From an uncultured delta proteobacterium (GTDB taxonomy: Bacteria; Desulfobacterota; Binatia; Binatales; Binataceae): a DNA stretch of 64,000 nt. A program made the position numbers and the translations under genes. How positions within the stretch are numbered: the first letter of the stretch is position 1; each line of letters begins with the position of its first letter. The notes below the pieces were generated by a model. It searched no databases. It was not told the origin of the DNA and worked only from the letters and a program-made list of their open reading frames with translations. Shown in pieces: positions 60,953-64,000 of this stretch. The stretch spans positions 2,048,001 to 2,112,000 of the forward strand of contig CAWEEQ010000004.1 of the NCBI GenBank assembly GCA_963808235.1, written 5' to 3'.

Positions 60953-60968
60953 CGCAAGAGGCGTGCCC
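60953..60968 (-). promoter_or_regulatory. Sigma54 (-24/-12) promoter-like motif
   Basis: Minus strand GGGCACGCCTCTTGCG matches TGGCACG-N4-TTGC with correct GG-N10-GC spacing. Confidence 0.55.
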
Positions 60969-61070
60969 AAAACTCTTCTCTGCAAAGAGCTTGGGAATTT
61001 CGCGCTAGCGACGCCGATCGCGTCGCGAAAGGCGAAAGCGGTGGCGAAATGCGAGGGTTTGGGAAACTTT

Positions 61071-61097
61071 GCGGCCCCGCCAGGATGGCGGGGCCGC
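61071..61097 (-). terminator. GC-rich hairpin after the DUF1329 gene
   Basis: GCGGCCCCGCCA-GGA-TGGCGGGGCCGC perfect 12-bp stem; U-tract is weak. Confidence 0.55.
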
Positions 61098-61113
61098 TGG
61101 CAGGAACTCAGTC

Positions 61114-62451
61114 TTAGTGGCCGGCCTGGACCATCTTCTCAGGCGTGAAGAAATTGCGGTCGACCGCGCCCATGTTGATGAAGACGCTGTCGTCATGATT
61201 TTGGTGTCCGGGCGAATAAATCACGGTAGAAAAACCGTCGGTCACGTCTTCGTCAACCATGGCGGTCTGGAACATCCGCTTAAAGGGCCAGATTGCGACC
61301 CTGGCATTCTCGACCGGGCGGTCGCGATACGCACTGAAGGTCACCAGCGTTTTCCAGAGCTGTCCGTTATTGTCGAATTGATCCGAGGCAGTGACGAACC
61401 AGCCTTCCGAATCGACGTAGAGAATGCGCTTGGGAGAAATCAGGCTGCCGCCGATTACGGAGCGGGGCTTGGCAGTCGCCTCAATCACGTAAAGGTGGCG
61501 CATCTCCCAATTCTCCGGGCATACCGAGCGGCCGCCGTCGCTGGTGCATGGCTCAGCGGGAGAATTCGCGGCGTCAACGGATGCAAGCATCGATCGCTCG
61601 CCTAGCAGCCGGTACGTGAAGTCCTGGATTCTCGCAGAGAAGCCGAACGCGGAATCGGGATCCCAGGTGGAGGCATAAGTGGTAACGCTCGCCGCAGCTC
61701 CGCCCATCGGGCCTGACGGGCCAGTCTTGGCCAATCCGAAACTATCGGCGAGTTGCGTCGCAGGCAGACGCCTCAACCTTCCCTGCCCGGGGCTGTATTC
61801 CCAGACCGCGTCTTCGAATCCTTTAATCGCGTAGCGCTGCCTGACTATTCCCGCGCCGCGCATCTCGGCAGGCTCGAGGATCGGATAAGCTCCGTCACGA
61901 GCGACAATGCCGGTCTTCAAGACGTCGGGATCCATCGGCATCGGAGCCACTTCGGTCCGTCCAACATACTTGTAAGCGCCGAGATGGCCGAAGGTGAAGT
62001 GCTCGATCTCGTTGGATGACCCCGCGCGATGACTTACAGCTTCGACATCGCGTTGATCCACGTCGTCGGTGTATTGCGGGCGGAACGCAAAGTTCCACAT
62101 GATCTTGGTGGCAGCCTGTGGGTCATTGGCATCGACCAGCGGAAACGGAAGGCCGGCGACGTAATTCTTGAGGTTGCCGTCGGAGCTGAGCGAGACCTGC
62201 GGCGAATATTGTTCGGTGGCGGCTTTGTAAGGCGGCGGCCAGTCGAGGTGGCCGGTTGCAACAATCTTCATCACCATCCCTTGCTTGACCAGGATGAAGT
62301 TCCCCGGACTTACAAGTGACTCGACCTCTGCCGCGTTGTCGGAGGTGATAACGTCTCCGGGTTTCACCTGGGCCAACGCGGGAATGGATGTGGTGAAAAA
62401 GGCAATCGTCAGCGCGAACGCGGCGACGGTTGCAGTTCGATTGAGTTTCAT
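61114..62451 (-). CDS. DUF1329 domain-containing secreted protein
   Basis: Signal peptide (ALA-QV); VKPGDVIT, YKAATEQYS.QV.L, YVAGLPFP..D.NDPQAA.KIMWN, WEYSP..GRLRR, ENWEMR, YVDSE, GQLWK. Confidence 0.85.
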   Translation of the reverse strand: MKLNRTATVAAFALTIAFFTTSIPALAQVKPGDVITSDNAAEVESLVSPGNFILVKQGMVMKIVATGHLDWPPPYKAATEQYSPQVSLSSDGNLKNYVAGLPFPLVDANDPQAATKIMWNFAFRPQYTDDVDQRDVEAVSHRAGSSNEIEHFTFGHLGAYKYVGRTEVAPMPMDPDVLKTGIVARDGAYPILEPAEMRGAGIVRQRYAIKGFEDAVWEYSPGQGRLRRLPATQLADSFGLAKTGPSGPMGGAAASVTTYASTWDPDSAFGFSARIQDFTYRLLGERSMLASVDAANSPAEPCTSDGGRSVCPENWEMRHLYVIEATAKPRSVIGGSLISPKRILYVDSEGWFVTASDQFDNNGQLWKTLVTFSAYRDRPVENARVAIWPFKRMFQTAMVDEDVTDGFSTVIYSPGHQNHDDSVFINMGAVDRNFFTPEKMVQAGH

Positions 62452-62518
62452 AGGAACTCTCCTTGGACTCCACTGTTACTTTCCGGAAGTCTCCTCATCT
62501 CATGCAGTGTGATTAGCA

Positions 62519-62944
62519 TTAGAAGTGCGCCGGCAGTCTGCCGGTAACGTTGACCGGAGAGCGCCGAATTGTTCGCGGCTTATCGCCGCCCGAGCGTCTG
62601 TTATAACGCCCGCGAACTAGCCAGCTCCTCAAGCCGCCCGGATCGATCTCCAACGACTCGCAGACCGACTGGAAAGAAAAAGGTCCGTGGCCCCGGTCGT
62701 CGAAAATCCACCGCTGAACTTCCCTGAATTCGCGCCGTCCGGTCGTATGACTGGCTTCGGAAGTGCGCTGAAAGCATCGCACTGCGTCGATAAGGACGGC
62801 GGCCATCAGGCGCATGACCGGCTCGAGTGACGGCGCGCGTCGCCGACCGGGGTAAAACTGTTCGGGCATAACCCCATCAGTTTCAAACGAAAGCTCATTG
62901 CTGGTCGTACCTGTCGAAACGATTCGCATATCTGGTTCGTTCAT
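62519..62944 (-). CDS. Conserved hypothetical protein
   Basis: AAAGGTGA RBS; MPEQFY...RLMAAVLIDAVRCFQ...WIFD...PFSFQSVCESLEIDP..LR. Confidence 0.7.
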   Translation of the reverse strand: MNEPDMRIVSTGTTSNELSFETDGVMPEQFYPGRRRAPSLEPVMRLMAAVLIDAVRCFQRTSEASHTTGRREFREVQRWIFDDRGHGPFSFQSVCESLEIDPGGLRSWLVRGRYNRRSGGDKPRTIRRSPVNVTGRLPAHF

Positions 62945-63086
62945 GGCTCACCTTTCACGCCTTGCCGGCGAAGTACGATGCCCACACGGCGGAACCCGTT
63001 TCCGCGGGAGGAGGGGGACAGAACACCGTGCTCCTACCGAGTGGGCAATTTTTTTTCGGCACAACTTCAGACGTAGCTATCTGCTC

Positions 63087-63500
63087 CTAGCGAACCCGCC
63101 CAAATGACCCACCGGGCGCACTCATGGGCGCGGGAATTGTTGGATTCACAAACGGTTGCGCGAACTGACTTTCAGGCCGCTCCATCCACGCACCGCCGGG
63201 ATTCGACGGCGCGAAGCTCCCGGACATGGGCGCCGGCTCTGGATCCACCGGCTCCTCCTCGGGCTCCTCCGGCGCAGGAGCGAGATCAGGCTCGCCGGGT
63301 GAAGACTCACCGCCGTCCCAGGACTCGCTCACATCGGGATCCGCAAAAGGTGAATCAATTGAGATTTTCACGACCGAGGCGTCGTCGCTCGAAGCAAATG
63401 CCGGTTGAACGCCGGCAATCACCGAGGCTACGAGAAATGTTATCGCGACGTGCGATGCGTACCTGGCCAGGCTTCGCGAACCTGTAGATGTTGTTTTCAT
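63087..63500 (-). CDS. Secreted acidic, Pro-rich (likely disordered) hypothetical protein
   Basis: ATG 63500; signal peptide ending AFA-SS; PEEPEEEPVDPEPAP tract. Confidence 0.6.
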   Translation of the reverse strand: MKTTSTGSRSLARYASHVAITFLVASVIAGVQPAFASSDDASVVKISIDSPFADPDVSESWDGGESSPGEPDLAPAPEEPEEEPVDPEPAPMSGSFAPSNPGGAWMERPESQFAQPFVNPTIPAPMSAPGGSFGRVR

Positions 63501-63543
63501 TTTGCTATCCACAACCAGTCTCGTGAACTTCGAAAAATCTCGC

Positions 63544-64000
63544 TCATCGCGTGGGCACGGAAACGTATTCCACGGAGATGTATTCAATGATTTGTGGCGG
63601 CGAATTGAGATTCTCACTGACCGTAAAGCGCCGTATCAGATGACCCGCGCAGTCGAAGACGTCGGCAAATCCCTGGCCCGGACCGGGCAGGTCGTCTAGC
63701 TTCGCCCCATTCCTGAGTCCATAGACCGCAAACCGCCCGCCGTTGATCTTTGTGAACCCGAGCGGCGAATACTGTGACAAGTCTTCTGATGAGTCCGCGG
63801 GACCATCAGAACCAGGCGAGGTGCTGGTGCCGCTCGCCACCGCGCAGGCGCCGCTCGTCAGGGCGTGGGGGCTACTCGTCACAGGAGCACTGACACGCGA
63901 GACGTGCGCACTGCCGGGGCCGAACGCGGAATCCTGATTTACGAGCGTCGTGCTGAGCGCCAATCCGGACGCCGCGGATGCGGCGACGATCAGTGAGGTC
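63544..64000 (-). CDS. Short or degenerate TIGR03118-like secreted protein; 5' end outside the window
   Basis: Frame is open to the window edge (TSLIVAASAASGLAL...). YSPLGFTKINGG...DDLPGPGQGFADVFD..GHLIRRF...LNSP resembles an internal TIGR03118 segment (from memory). Confidence 0.45.
   Translation of the reverse strand, partial: TSLIVAASAASGLALSTTLVNQDSAFGPGSAHVSRVSAPVTSSPHALTSGACAVASGTSTSPGSDGPADSSEDLSQYSPLGFTKINGGRFAVYGLRNGAKLDDLPGPGQGFADVFDCAGHLIRRFTVSENLNSPPQIIEYISVEYVSVPTR

Overview
This is a GC-rich bacterial chromosome segment. The gene-family mix (DUF1329 proteins, CoA-transferase, many amidohydrolases and diiron proteins, small secreted proteins) suggests a soil or sediment lineage such as Candidatus Binatota, but that is inference only. 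Bases 1-10.5 kb hold ordinary accessory metabolism and transport genes, followed by tRNA-Ser(GCT) at 11105-11196. Directly downstream lies a decayed serine-recombinase-type island. It is marked by a recombinase C-terminal remnant and by copies of the tRNA 3' end at about 44.8 kb and 50.0 kb. The main cargo is a ~26 kb locus (11.6-37.9 kb). A minus-strand assembly line runs FAAL -> ACP-KS-AT-DH-KR-ACP -> C-A-T-C-A-T-TE, plus MbtH, type II thioesterase, PPTase, a DUF3108-like secreted protein and an AurF-family diiron enzyme. It converges on a plus-strand set encoding a second ferritin-like diiron enzyme, a flippase-like membrane protein, a LolA-like carrier and a LolCDE-like ABC transporter. 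Manually read A-domain codes suggest an acidic residue followed by Arg. The product may therefore be a zwitterionic, phosphorus-free lipo-dipeptide with its own Lol-like envelope trafficking system, the best candidate here for an undescribed system. Two genes of the cluster appear to need non-canonical starts (CTG, ATT). Further right are hydrolases, small stress-type secreted proteins, a 21-aa membrane micropeptide and an NHL-repeat protein. These are followed by a Tat-exported xanthine-dehydrogenase-family molybdoenzyme with a cytochrome b subunit, a TetR-MFP-RND operon with a sigma54-like promoter, and a DUF1329 gene. All calls come from manual motif reading; no database searches were run.
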